A stretch of DNA of 32,000 bases from Candidatus Nanopusillus sp. (GCA_049414405.1 JBMSAQ010000002.1:1-32000), one strand, 5' to 3'. Positions 7,712-16,270 are shown, numbered from the stretch's first letter. Numbers and translations: made by a program. Notes: generated from the letters alone by a model not told the origin.

Positions 7712-8032
7712 TTATTTTAGATACATAAGATATCTTTTGTTCACACCATATACAATAAATACAGCATTAAAATTGTTTTTTACAATATCATTTGCAATAT
7801 CATTCAATTTATTTTCATCATACAAATATATTTTTGCTACTTTATCTTTATATCTGTATTTTGATAATAGTGAAGATACTAAAGAAGATGCCAGAGATGA
7901 GCATATTCTATCTGGATATGATATTATTGCTATATTTTTATATCCATCAAATATACTCTTTGTTATAACATATCCTGTTAATCCTCTTAAGTATATTTCA
8001 TCTTCTAGAGAAGCCAAACTTATTGTGTCCAT
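7712..8032 (-). CDS. Hypothetical protein (alternating beta-alpha pattern, Rossmann/flavodoxin-like by eye)
   Basis: 106 aa with segments NIAIISYPD, SSLASSLVSSLLSKY, VAKIYLYD and AVFIVYG. No family recognised. May continue into 7422..7715 after a frameshift. Confidence 0.5.
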   Translation of the reverse strand: MDTISLASLEDEIYLRGLTGYVITKSIFDGYKNIAIISYPDRICSSLASSLVSSLLSKYRYKDKVAKIYLYDENKLNDIANDIVKNNFNAVFIVYGVNKRYLMYLK

Positions 8033-8097
8033 AAAATACTATAACAAAGTTGTATTTAAAAATATAGAATAAAGAAAAATAAAATTATATAGGGCTT

Positions 8098-8340
8098 TTA
8101 CATCTTCTTGAATATTTGTTTTGTTGCTAATTGTATATCTTCCCTCTTTACAGTTGTCCTCTTTCCATGGGTTGCCAAAGCTACTGCTCCTTTTGCAATT
8201 TCTAATGCTATATCTTCCAATTCTTGTTTTAGATATCTAATTGCTTTGTCTGATACTCTTGTTACTCCTGCTTGCTCACCCTTTTGTTTTAAGATCCTTT
8301 CAACTACAGCCATTGGAATTCCTCTTTCTCCTCTTGCCAT
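8098..8340 (-). CDS. Archaeal histone (HMf-like histone fold)
   Basis: 80 aa. IPMAVVERILKQ...RVSDKAIRYLKQELEDIALEIAKGAVALATHGKRTTVKREDIQLA matches the archaeal histone fold. TTTATAA lies ~30 nt upstream of the ATG. Confidence 0.9.
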   Translation of the reverse strand: MARGERGIPMAVVERILKQKGEQAGVTRVSDKAIRYLKQELEDIALEIAKGAVALATHGKRTTVKREDIQLATKQIFKKM

Positions 8341-8479
8341 AAAATATATATTACTGAACTCCCTTATAAATTTTTCATATTTTGACTAATGAAAACTGGA
8401 TTTTATCATAGAGATACTTTGAGATTTTAACTACACATATTTTTATTTTATAGTATTACATGTCCCATAGACATATATC

Positions 8480-8522
8480 AAAAAACCGACATTTACCCAA
8501 CAAATTTAAAATTGGGGTAAAT
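8480..8522 (-). terminator. Hairpin plus oligo-T downstream of PCNA
   Basis: 8-bp stem ATTTACCC (8491-8498) / GGGTAAAT (8515-8522), followed on the minus strand by T6 (8480-8485). A second T6 (8527-8532) lies directly after the stop. Confidence 0.35.
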
Positions 8523-8536
8523 ATTTAAAAAATAGA

Positions 8537-9283
8537 TTATTCTCTTGGAGCTAATACAAATCCAAATTTAAATTTATCGGTTGACTTATAATCAATCCAT
8601 ATTGGTTTTCCTGAATCAAATTTAAATGTTAATGTATCGGATATTTTTGCTACTTTAGATAATTTATATAAATAGTCTACAGAATATCTTGCCATTGCCT
8701 TTGATGGAACTTCCATAGACAATACACTTTCGTCTTGAGGAGTTAAATCAATTCTCATATCTTTTAATTCTCCTTCAGCAATAAAAGATACTTTTGGACC
8801 ATCTGGATTTGTAACAATCTTTATTTCATCCGCAATTACTTTTGCAGATTCTATTATATCATAAAAAGCTCTTGAATCCATTTCAACTTTTACAGATAAT
8901 TCTAAGCTTGGTAAATCCATAAACGATCCTTCAGATTCTATTAATGGCAATGTAAATACTTTCTTAGCCTTTCCATACACGGCTAAAACAAATTTATTCT
9001 TTTTTTCATCTATCTCCCATGATATTTGATTTTTTAATGCAACCCTTGTCATTATTTTCTTTAAATCTTCCAAATTTATTGTAAATTTTTCTTCATCCTG
9101 TACATCATATTCTATGAACATATTTGGATACATATCTAATAATATTACTGCAACATTTGCTGGATCTAATGATGATAAAAATATACCATCCTTATTTGCT
9201 TTAAATGTTCCTTCCGATAAAAAACTTACTATTGCGGGTAATATATTTTTAATCTCTTTAGCTTGCGGGAAGACTACCTTCAT
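8537..9283 (-). CDS. pcn: DNA polymerase sliding clamp PCNA
   Basis: 248 aa, colinear with archaeal PCNA (two-domain beta-clamp; ...LDPANVAVILLDM..., ...FGFVLAPRE C-terminus). Confidence 0.95.
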   Translation of the reverse strand: MKVVFPQAKEIKNILPAIVSFLSEGTFKANKDGIFLSSLDPANVAVILLDMYPNMFIEYDVQDEEKFTINLEDLKKIMTRVALKNQISWEIDEKKNKFVLAVYGKAKKVFTLPLIESEGSFMDLPSLELSVKVEMDSRAFYDIIESAKVIADEIKIVTNPDGPKVSFIAEGELKDMRIDLTPQDESVLSMEVPSKAMARYSVDYLYKLSKVAKISDTLTFKFDSGKPIWIDYKSTDKFKFGFVLAPRE

Positions 9284-9316
9284 TCATAATAATTCCAAAA
9301 AAATTTTAAATATATA

Positions 9317-9532
9317 TTAGTATGATGGACGACCCAGAGCCCATCCAATTGCTAATCCTATAAAAAATATTATACCTGCTTGTATAGGGTGATTTTGGAC
9401 AAAGTTTATAATGTCAAAAAATATCTGAGCAAAATTATTATATAAAAAGTGTGAGAGTATAGCTAATATAAATACTATACCAAATATTGCAAGTACGAAT
9501 GCAATACTACGTCTTGGCGCTTGGCTTCTCAT
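9317..9532 (-). CDS. Small membrane protein (2 predicted TM helices)
   Basis: 71 aa with IAFVLAIFGIVFILAILSHFL and AGIIFFIGLAIGWALG. Wedged between the helicase stop (9537) and PCNA. Confidence 0.5.
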   Translation of the reverse strand: MRSQAPRRSIAFVLAIFGIVFILAILSHFLYNNFAQIFFDIINFVQNHPIQAGIIFFIGLAIGWALGRPSY

Positions 9533-9536
9533 AAAA

Positions 9537-12137
9537 TCATTTAGATCTTTTAATATTTAAAAATATTTTATATATAAATCCCCCAGAATATTTATCTAGA
9601 TATTCATTGTAATTACCGCATTTTGGAGAATGTATACATCTTGGGCATCCGTCAAGACATTTACATTTATTTAAAGATATTATGGACTTTTTAATTAATT
9701 TTTCTATATTATTGTATAATATTTCTGCTAAACCAACTCCAGATTCATATCCTTCATATATGAATATTGTTGGTTTATTTGTTTGAGGATGAATTGGGTA
9801 TGAATATCCACCAAGTTCTTGAGAATCTACAAATGTTACAACTGGAGATATTTTTATTATATTATGTTCTATTGCATGTAATCCGGATCTAAATGAAGAT
9901 TCATAATCAACAATTTTCTTAATTAAAAATATTAATATATTATCTTTTATTTCATGATTTCTTTCTAAAAATTCTCCAATTATTTCCTTTATTTTTTTAC
10001 TTGCTAATCCTCTATATTTTTCATAAAAGAAGTCTTTACTTATAGTAGAAGAAAAATTTAATATTTCATCAACATTTATATTATATTTTTTCTTTTCAAT
10101 ATATTTTTTTAATTTATTTAAAAAGAAATTATAATAAATACTTTCTAATTCCCCCTGATATCTCTCAGGTATTATAATCCATATTGCTTTTGTATTAAAT
10201 TCATAATTTATACTCTTTTCATAATAATTTATATTTTTTATATAATTTTCTCCCATTTTATATTTTTCGATATATCCAATAAACTCTTTTTTTACTTTTA
10301 TTTCTCCTAAATATATTTCCCAATCATTTATTACTTTTTTATCTATTGTATTAATTATCTTTACATCTTCATAATATATTGGACTTGTTTCTATGTTTGA
10401 AAATTCTGGTCTAAAGAATACAAATGTAACATTATCTATATTATAATAATCTGTTATTCTAATTGCCTTTCCTGAAGAATAATATACCATTCCTGGTAAT
10501 AAATAATCATAAAATGCTGGTTCATCCATTTCTTCCAAAATTTTCCCCCTACCTTTTAACATATTTATTATCCTTATCAATCCTTCCTTTTTCTTTATTC
10601 TTTTTATCATATCTTCTTCTTCCTTTGTTAAATCTACAATATAATATACATTATCTGAAATATTTCTTAATCCAGAATATATTACTTGAGTATTTAATTT
10701 ATAGTATTCTTTTCCAAATAATGGATCTCTTATTTTTGATACAATATTTTCTTTTTCCAATTCTTCTAAATATTTTTTCTCCAAATCATTTAATATACTT
10801 TTATCAATTCTTCCAAATTCATTCATCAAATATTTCAAATGTTTCTTAACAACTTTTTCATTATCTAAATTTAAAGAAATATTATCTAACTTATTTTTCT
10901 CAATTCTATCTAAAAATTCATTTATATTTGTTGAATAATAAAAGTCTAATGCATCTTTTTTAAATATCATTATGTCTATTGAATCGGAAATCCTTCCAGA
11001 TCTTCCAAATCTTTGGATTATTGAAGAAATTCCATCTCTGGGTATTCCATAATTTACTACAGATCTTATTTCACCAATATCTATTCCAAGTTCTAATGCA
11101 GATGTAGTTAATAATATTAGATATTCTCCAGATTTGAATTTTTGTTCAATTTCTTTCCTTTTTTCCCTTAAATAACTTGCCTTATATGTATAGATTTTAT
11201 TATATTTATCTAAATCTTGTGATTCTAATCTTAATAATTCAACGCCTTTTTTTGATTCAATAAATATTAAAGACTTTATACTATTTTCTAATAAGATTCT
11301 TATTGACCTTTTTAACAACAATCTCGAACTTGAACTTTTTGGGTCTAAACAAATTATATATTTTCTATATTTATTACTATAATCTTTATCAATCAATTCA
11401 AAATCTAGATCAAACATGTTTTTTGCAAATTCTACAGGATTTCTTAATGTTGCAGATAATGTTAATATTTTAAAATTATTATTTTTGTAGAAATATTTTA
11501 ATAATCTGATTAATCTTCTAAATGTGTATGCAGCGTTTGTTCCAAATACCCCTCTATATGAATGCAATTCATCTACAACAATCAAATCTAAATTTCTAAA
11601 GAAATAAAATAATTTGTCATGGTTTTTTAATATATATAAATGTAAATTATCAATTGTGGTTAAAATTACGTTTGGTCTTTCTCTTATTATTTTTTCCTTT
11701 TCACTATATGTTAAATCTCCCAAAATAAATTTCATCTTAATATTTAATTTTTTATTTATACGATTTTCAAAATCTTTTATTAATTCTTCAAACTTTTCAT
11801 ATTGATCATATAATAATGCTCTCAATGGATAAATTAATAAAAATGTCTTGTTTGGATGTTTTAATATATTGTCAATAATATATAATCTAAATATATAGGA
11901 TTTTCCTGAAGCTGTTGGTGTTGTTACAATTAGATTTTTGTTTTTATATAATAAACTTAATGCTTTAGCCTGATGCTTATATAACTTAAAATTTTTAGAA
12001 TTTAAATACTCGTTTAATTCTTTATTATAAAATTCAAAATTATCAAACTCCGCACTTTTATTATTAATTAATTTTGTTCCAACTATATAATCTCTAAACT
12101 CTTTTTCAAAAACATTTTTTAAATCGTCAATATTCAT
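9537..12137 (-). CDS. SF2 DEAD/DEAH-box helicase with C-terminal DUF1998/MZB zinc domain (YprA/MrfA/Hrq1-like)
   Basis: Walker A TPTASGKS, DEAH-type VVDELH, helicase-C motif QRFGRSGR, and a C-terminal Cys cluster CKCLDGCPRCIHSPKCGNYNEYLDK typical of DUF1998. Confidence 0.85.
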   Translation of the reverse strand: MNIDDLKNVFEKEFRDYIVGTKLINNKSAEFDNFEFYNKELNEYLNSKNFKLYKHQAKALSLLYKNKNLIVTTPTASGKSYIFRLYIIDNILKHPNKTFLLIYPLRALLYDQYEKFEELIKDFENRINKKLNIKMKFILGDLTYSEKEKIIRERPNVILTTIDNLHLYILKNHDKLFYFFRNLDLIVVDELHSYRGVFGTNAAYTFRRLIRLLKYFYKNNNFKILTLSATLRNPVEFAKNMFDLDFELIDKDYSNKYRKYIICLDPKSSSSRLLLKRSIRILLENSIKSLIFIESKKGVELLRLESQDLDKYNKIYTYKASYLREKRKEIEQKFKSGEYLILLTTSALELGIDIGEIRSVVNYGIPRDGISSIIQRFGRSGRISDSIDIMIFKKDALDFYYSTNINEFLDRIEKNKLDNISLNLDNEKVVKKHLKYLMNEFGRIDKSILNDLEKKYLEELEKENIVSKIRDPLFGKEYYKLNTQVIYSGLRNISDNVYYIVDLTKEEEDMIKRIKKKEGLIRIINMLKGRGKILEEMDEPAFYDYLLPGMVYYSSGKAIRITDYYNIDNVTFVFFRPEFSNIETSPIYYEDVKIINTIDKKVINDWEIYLGEIKVKKEFIGYIEKYKMGENYIKNINYYEKSINYEFNTKAIWIIIPERYQGELESIYYNFFLNKLKKYIEKKKYNINVDEILNFSSTISKDFFYEKYRGLASKKIKEIIGEFLERNHEIKDNILIFLIKKIVDYESSFRSGLHAIEHNIIKISPVVTFVDSQELGGYSYPIHPQTNKPTIFIYEGYESGVGLAEILYNNIEKLIKKSIISLNKCKCLDGCPRCIHSPKCGNYNEYLDKYSGGFIYKIFLNIKRSK

Positions 12138-12176
12138 ATTTGATATATAAGATTAAACATTTTTATATTAAATATA

Positions 12177-13844
12177 ATGAAATATTTCTCAGAATTAGCA
12201 GAAGTATTGGAAAAAATTGAAAAAATTAATGAAAAATCATTGAAAATTGATATTTTATCCAGATTTATGAAGTCTTTAGATAAAAATGAATTAAAAATAG
12301 CTATTTGGTTAATTTTGGGAAATACTGAAGAAGAATGGGTTGAAAGAAGATTAAATGTATCTGTTGGTACAATTATAAGAGTACTAAAAAATCTAGGAGT
12401 GAATATTAAAGAATTAAGTTTATTATATAAAAGATTTGGGGATTTAGGAGAAGCTGTTAAAATTATTTATGAAAAAGGAAATATAAAATTAAATAAATGG
12501 TTTGCCAAAAAATATACAATAATTGATATATATAGTGAATTAAAGAAAATTGAAAATTTAGAAGGCGAGGGATCTAGAGAAAAAAGAATATTATATTTAG
12601 AAGGAATATATAAAAACTTATCACCTTTGGAGGCAAAATTATTTACAAGAATTTTACAAGGTGACATGAGATATGGTGTATCAGAAGGAACAATTGAAGA
12701 TTGTTTATCTTATATATATGGTATTGATGATGAAAAAATTAAAATTGCACATGCAATAATTGGAGATATTGGTATTTTGTCAGAATATTTATTTGATAAT
12801 CCAAAAAATATTGAAAATGTTAATATTAGGTTATTTCATCCATTTAAACCAATGCTTGCAGAAAAGGCAAATAATTTTCAAGATGTATTTAATAATTTTT
12901 CTCCTGCAGCTTTTGAATTTAAGTTTGATGGAATAAGAGCACAAATACATAAAAAAGGAAATGAAGTAAAAGTATTCACTAGAAGATTAAAAGATGTAAC
13001 AAAATCCTTTCCAGATATTGTAGAATTAATATTAAATAACATAAAAAATAACGAAATTGTTGTTGAAGGAGAAATTGTTGCATGGGATTATAATAAAAAT
13101 TTACCATTACCATTTCAAGAAATTTCAAAAAGAATAAAAAGAGAACATGAAATTTCAAAATACATAAAAGAAATACCTATTAAATTATTTTTATTTGATA
13201 TAATTTATTTAGATGGAAAATTATTAATAAATGAAGAATATATAAATAGGAGAAGAATATTGGAAGAAATTAGAGGAAATGTTGATTTAACCCCAATGAT
13301 AATTACAAATAAAAAAGATGAGGCAAAGAAATTTTTCAAAAAATCTATTAATATGAAAAATGAAGGTCTTGTTGCAAAAAAATTAGGTTCAGAATATATC
13401 CCGGGAAAAAGGGATAAATCATGGTTAAAAGTGAAAGGACATTTAGAACCATTAGATTTAGTAATAATTGGAGGAGAATGGGGACATGGGAGAAGAAAAA
13501 ATTTTATTTCAGATTTATATTTGGCTGCATTAGATAAAGAGACAGGAGAATATTTAATGGTAACAAAAACATTCAAAGGATTATCTGATAATGAATATAT
13601 TCAACTAACAAAAGAATTATTAAAATATAAAATAAGAGAAGAAGGAAGAATTGTTTGGTTTAAACCAAAGATCGTTGTAGAAGTTATATATGATGAAATA
13701 CAAAAAAGTCCAAAATATAAATCTGGTTTTGCATTAAGATTTGCAAGGGTTAATAGAATAAGATGGGATAAAAATGAAAAAGATATAAATACAATACAAG
13801 AGATAAAAGAATTATATGAAAAACAAAGAAAAGAAGAAATATAA
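12177..13844 (+). CDS. lig: ATP-dependent DNA ligase
   Basis: Adenylation motif I KFDGIRAQIH, motif III EGEIVAW, motif IV EGLVAKK, motif V SWLKVK. 555 aa. Confidence 0.95.
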   Translation: MKYFSELAEVLEKIEKINEKSLKIDILSRFMKSLDKNELKIAIWLILGNTEEEWVERRLNVSVGTIIRVLKNLGVNIKELSLLYKRFGDLGEAVKIIYEKGNIKLNKWFAKKYTIIDIYSELKKIENLEGEGSREKRILYLEGIYKNLSPLEAKLFTRILQGDMRYGVSEGTIEDCLSYIYGIDDEKIKIAHAIIGDIGILSEYLFDNPKNIENVNIRLFHPFKPMLAEKANNFQDVFNNFSPAAFEFKFDGIRAQIHKKGNEVKVFTRRLKDVTKSFPDIVELILNNIKNNEIVVEGEIVAWDYNKNLPLPFQEISKRIKREHEISKYIKEIPIKLFLFDIIYLDGKLLINEEYINRRRILEEIRGNVDLTPMIITNKKDEAKKFFKKSINMKNEGLVAKKLGSEYIPGKRDKSWLKVKGHLEPLDLVIIGGEWGHGRRKNFISDLYLAALDKETGEYLMVTKTFKGLSDNEYIQLTKELLKYKIREEGRIVWFKPKIVVEVIYDEIQKSPKYKSGFALRFARVNRIRWDKNEKDINTIQEIKELYEKQRKEEI

Positions 13845-13920
13845 AATAAGTATATCTTATATTTATAAATGAACAATGCTTAATATGGATTAAAATATCA
13901 TAAAAACATCAAATTTAGTA

Positions 13921-13993
13921 TGGGCCCGGGGGGATTTGAACCCCCGACCTCCCGGTTATCAGCCGGACGCTCTAGCCCCTGAGCCACGGGCCC
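13921..13993 (-). tRNA. tRNA-Ile (anticodon GAU)
   Basis: Hand-folded cloverleaf: GGGCCCG/CGGGCCC acceptor, GCTC/GAGC D stem, TCCGG/CCGGG anticodon stem, loop CTGATAA, GGGGG-TTCAAAT-CCCCC T arm, discriminator A. 73 nt, ~70% GC, no intron, CCA not encoded. Confidence 0.95.
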
Positions 13994-14013
13994 TAAAATT
14001 TATGATTATTTAT

Positions 14014-14025
14014 CTTTTATAAAAG
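14014..14025. promoter_or_regulatory. Perfectly palindromic TATA-like element CTTTTATAAAAG, possibly shared by tRNA-Ile and the divergent membrane-protein gene
   Basis: The palindrome centre (14019.5) is 26.5 nt from the tRNA 5' end (13993) and 25.5 nt from ATG-14045. This is the archaeal TATA-to-start spacing in both directions. Confidence 0.45.
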
Positions 14026-14044
14026 TTTTTTTAAATTAAATTTA

Positions 14045-14668
14045 ATGGATTTCATAAGTCAATTATTATTAAGGATTTACCAATTAATAGGAGAACCTGT
14101 TTTAAGACATATATCAAACACCCCGGATTATGCAATATACTTTATAATTTTCATAATATTTATTACAATTGGATATATGATAGCAAAGGTTACTATATTC
14201 ATATTAAAGATTATATTCAATTATACAAAATTAAATCAAATCCAAAAGAAAAATCCCGAATTATTTTATGGAATAAATTTATCTAATTTAATTATAAATT
14301 TGATAAAATATTACATACTATTATACTTTCTAATATTGGGAATTGTTGTGAATCTCCCCCATTACTCCTATTTATTTTATATTTTAAATCTAATTTATAC
14401 AGCAATAATAATATTATTTGCTGGTATGATTATTGGAGATATTATTGCATATCTATTTAATATAAAGAATAATGTTGCAAAGATTGTAAAGGGAATTATA
14501 CTGTATCTATTCTTAATTATTGCATTATCGTATTTGGGATTAAACTCTACAATATTAGTTCAAGCTTTATATTATTTATTGCTATCTGCAGCAATATCTT
14601 TTGGAATAATGATTGGTATTATGATAGCATTAGAATATAAAGATGAAATAATAAAAATAATAAAATGA
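14045..14668 (+). CDS. Polytopic membrane protein, unknown family
   Basis: 207 aa with about 5 hydrophobic helices. The stop overlaps the next start (ATGA). Confidence 0.55.
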   Translation: MDFISQLLLRIYQLIGEPVLRHISNTPDYAIYFIIFIIFITIGYMIAKVTIFILKIIFNYTKLNQIQKKNPELFYGINLSNLIINLIKYYILLYFLILGIVVNLPHYSYLFYILNLIYTAIIILFAGMIIGDIIAYLFNIKNNVAKIVKGIILYLFLIIALSYLGLNSTILVQALYYLLLSAAISFGIMIGIMIALEYKDEIIKIIK

Positions 14669-15108
14669 AAACATGTGAACTGTGTGGAAAAAGTACAGAT
14701 AAATTATATAAAGTATATGTAGAAGGTACAATATTAAGTGTATGCAAAGATTGTTTGAAATATGGAAAACTTGTTGATGAAAATGGAAATATAATAAAAG
14801 AAAATAAATTAAAAATAAAAGATATTGTTGGGGAAGTTATAGATGAAAATTATAATAAAATATTGATAAAATATAGAGAAGAACATAAATTAAAGCAAGA
14901 AGATATGGCAAAATTATTAAGGATTAAAGAAAGTTTGTATAAATCAATAGAAAATAAAAAGATTATACCAGATATAAATCTAGCTAAAAAAATTGAAAAA
15001 ACATTGGGAATAAAAATAACTAAAAAGGAAGTATTAACTGAAAAAATAAATAATAAGGATAATAAAAATTATATAACAGTTGGAGATATTTTGGAATTTG
15101 AAGAATGA
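14665..15108 (+). CDS. mbf1: Archaeal MBF1-type transcription factor (zinc ribbon + HTH)
   Basis: N-terminal C-x2-C...C-x2-C (CELCGK...CKDC). C-terminal Cro/C1-type HTH (LKQEDMAKLLRIKESLYKSIENKKIIPDINLAKKIEKTLGI). Confidence 0.8.
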   Translation: MKTCELCGKSTDKLYKVYVEGTILSVCKDCLKYGKLVDENGNIIKENKLKIKDIVGEVIDENYNKILIKYREEHKLKQEDMAKLLRIKESLYKSIENKKIIPDINLAKKIEKTLGIKITKKEVLTEKINNKDNKNYITVGDILEFEE

Positions 15109-15686
15109 ATATATATCATATATTATATCTATTTTTTGAATCTTTTCTATTAAATTCTCTTCCTATATCTATTGGATCTTCTACATTATTAGCATTGCCT
15201 ATATTATCTATTGTCGGAATAAATATATATAATGTTGTTTTAGCATCTATTATTTTGGGCATAGGATCAGCCACCGGGAAGCTTGTAACATATACTATCG
15301 GTATTTTTTTATCAAAACCTCTAAGAAATAACAAAAATTTATTATTCATAAAAAGAATATCGAATAGTAAGAAATTTTATATGGTTTTTTTCTTTCTTAA
15401 CTTATTACCACTTGTTCCATTTGATGATCTATTATTTTTGTCATTTGGAATTGAAAGACTTAGTATATTGAAATATTATCTAATAGCAATTCCAGCAAGA
15501 ATACTAAAATCTTTTTCGGAATTATATGTTGAAATATTTATTTTAAATAAAGTGAGTGAAATATCACACATACCATTATTTGAATTATCTATAATATCTG
15601 CAGTAATATTTATTATATTCAGTATAATATTTTTTAAATTCGATTGGGAAAAATATTTTAGTAAATGGACATTAAAAGAGAAATAA
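15105..15686 (+). CDS. Membrane protein, possibly DedA/VTT-domain family
   Basis: 193 aa, multi-TM. The segment LNLLPLVPFDDLLFLSFGIERL resembles the VTT/DedA re-entrant loop motif. Weak call. Confidence 0.45.
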   Translation: MNIYHILYLFFESFLLNSLPISIGSSTLLALPILSIVGINIYNVVLASIILGIGSATGKLVTYTIGIFLSKPLRNNKNLLFIKRISNSKKFYMVFFFLNLLPLVPFDDLLFLSFGIERLSILKYYLIAIPARILKSFSELYVEIFILNKVSEISHIPLFELSIISAVIFIIFSIIFFKFDWEKYFSKWTLKEK

Positions 15687-16246
15687 GAATATTGGGAATT
15701 GATGATGGTTACTTTGATAGAAATAAAGATAAATATACAATAATTGTTGGAGTTATAATGAGAGGATCATTACAAATAGATGGGATACTATCAAATAAAA
15801 TTGAAATAGATGGATTTGACGTAAATGATAGAATAATTGAAATGATAAAAAGAACAAAACATTATGATCAATTAAGAATAATAGCAACAAATGGAATATC
15901 TTTTGGTGGTTTTAATTTGATAGATTTTGAATATCTGTATAATGAATTAAAAATACCAATAATATCTTTTGTGAGAAAAAAACCAAATATAAATAAATTT
16001 ATAGAAGCAATTAAACATACAAAAGATTATGAAAAAAGATTAGAGATAGTAAAAAAATATCCGGAGCCAAAAAGTTATAAAACTGAATATGGAACTTTAT
16101 ATTTTCAATATTGTGGACTAGAATATAATGATGTAATAAATATAATTAAATTAACATCTGTACATTCTAGAATTCCTGAACCAATTCGAGTTGCACACCT
16201 AATTGCAATGGGAATAACAAAAGGATATTCAAGAGGAAAACCATAA
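15665..16246 (+). CDS. DUF99/UPF0215 family protein (endonuclease V-like fold family)
   Basis: N-terminal ILGIDDGYF and overall length and pattern typical of archaeal UPF0215 proteins. Overlaps the upstream gene by 22 nt. Confidence 0.7.
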   Translation: MDIKREIRILGIDDGYFDRNKDKYTIIVGVIMRGSLQIDGILSNKIEIDGFDVNDRIIEMIKRTKHYDQLRIIATNGISFGGFNLIDFEYLYNELKIPIISFVRKKPNINKFIEAIKHTKDYEKRLEIVKKYPEPKSYKTEYGTLYFQYCGLEYNDVINIIKLTSVHSRIPEPIRVAHLIAMGITKGYSRGKP

Positions 16247-16270
16247 AAATGTTTTACATAAAACATCAAT

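Noticed and set aside
7405-8072. Plus-strand ORFs 7405-7728 (107 aa) and 7737-8072 (111 aa).
   Set aside because: F/S/I/L-rich, low-complexity translations. The minus-strand frames give more protein-like sequences, fit the surrounding minus-strand gene run and have promoter-like elements upstream. Confidence in the minus-strand genes is still only moderate.
8341-8479. Long spacer between PCNA and the histone gene, as a possible small RNA gene.
   Set aside because: Only trivial 5-bp inverted repeats, no C/D or H/ACA boxes, and AT-rich. Explained by the PCNA terminator (hairpin plus T tracts) and the histone promoter (TTTATAA ~30 nt upstream of the ATG).
10463-10849. 128-aa plus-strand ORF inside the helicase gene. 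Similar antisense or alternate-frame ORFs occur at 13205-13576, 13601-13876, 12467-12667, 11614-11805, 5763-6077, 6752-7045, 2727-3012, 1955-2155, 9114-9320, 8108-8389, 15116-15349, 16105-16317, 21466-21912, 23026-24148, 25717-26408, 28110-28367 and 29839-30907.
   Set aside because: All lie within or mostly within (a few spill into adjacent spacers or neighbours) strongly supported, motif-bearing genes on the other strand or frame. Their translations are low-complexity F/L/I/S/N strings with no motifs. They are the expected by-product of biased codon usage.
13845-14044. An integrated mobile element or att-site duplication next to tRNA-Ile, and likewise next to tRNA-Ser at 22140-22321.
   Set aside because: No integrase, no partial duplicate of either tRNA 3' end elsewhere in the window, and the flanking genes are housekeeping (lig, lysS, herA).
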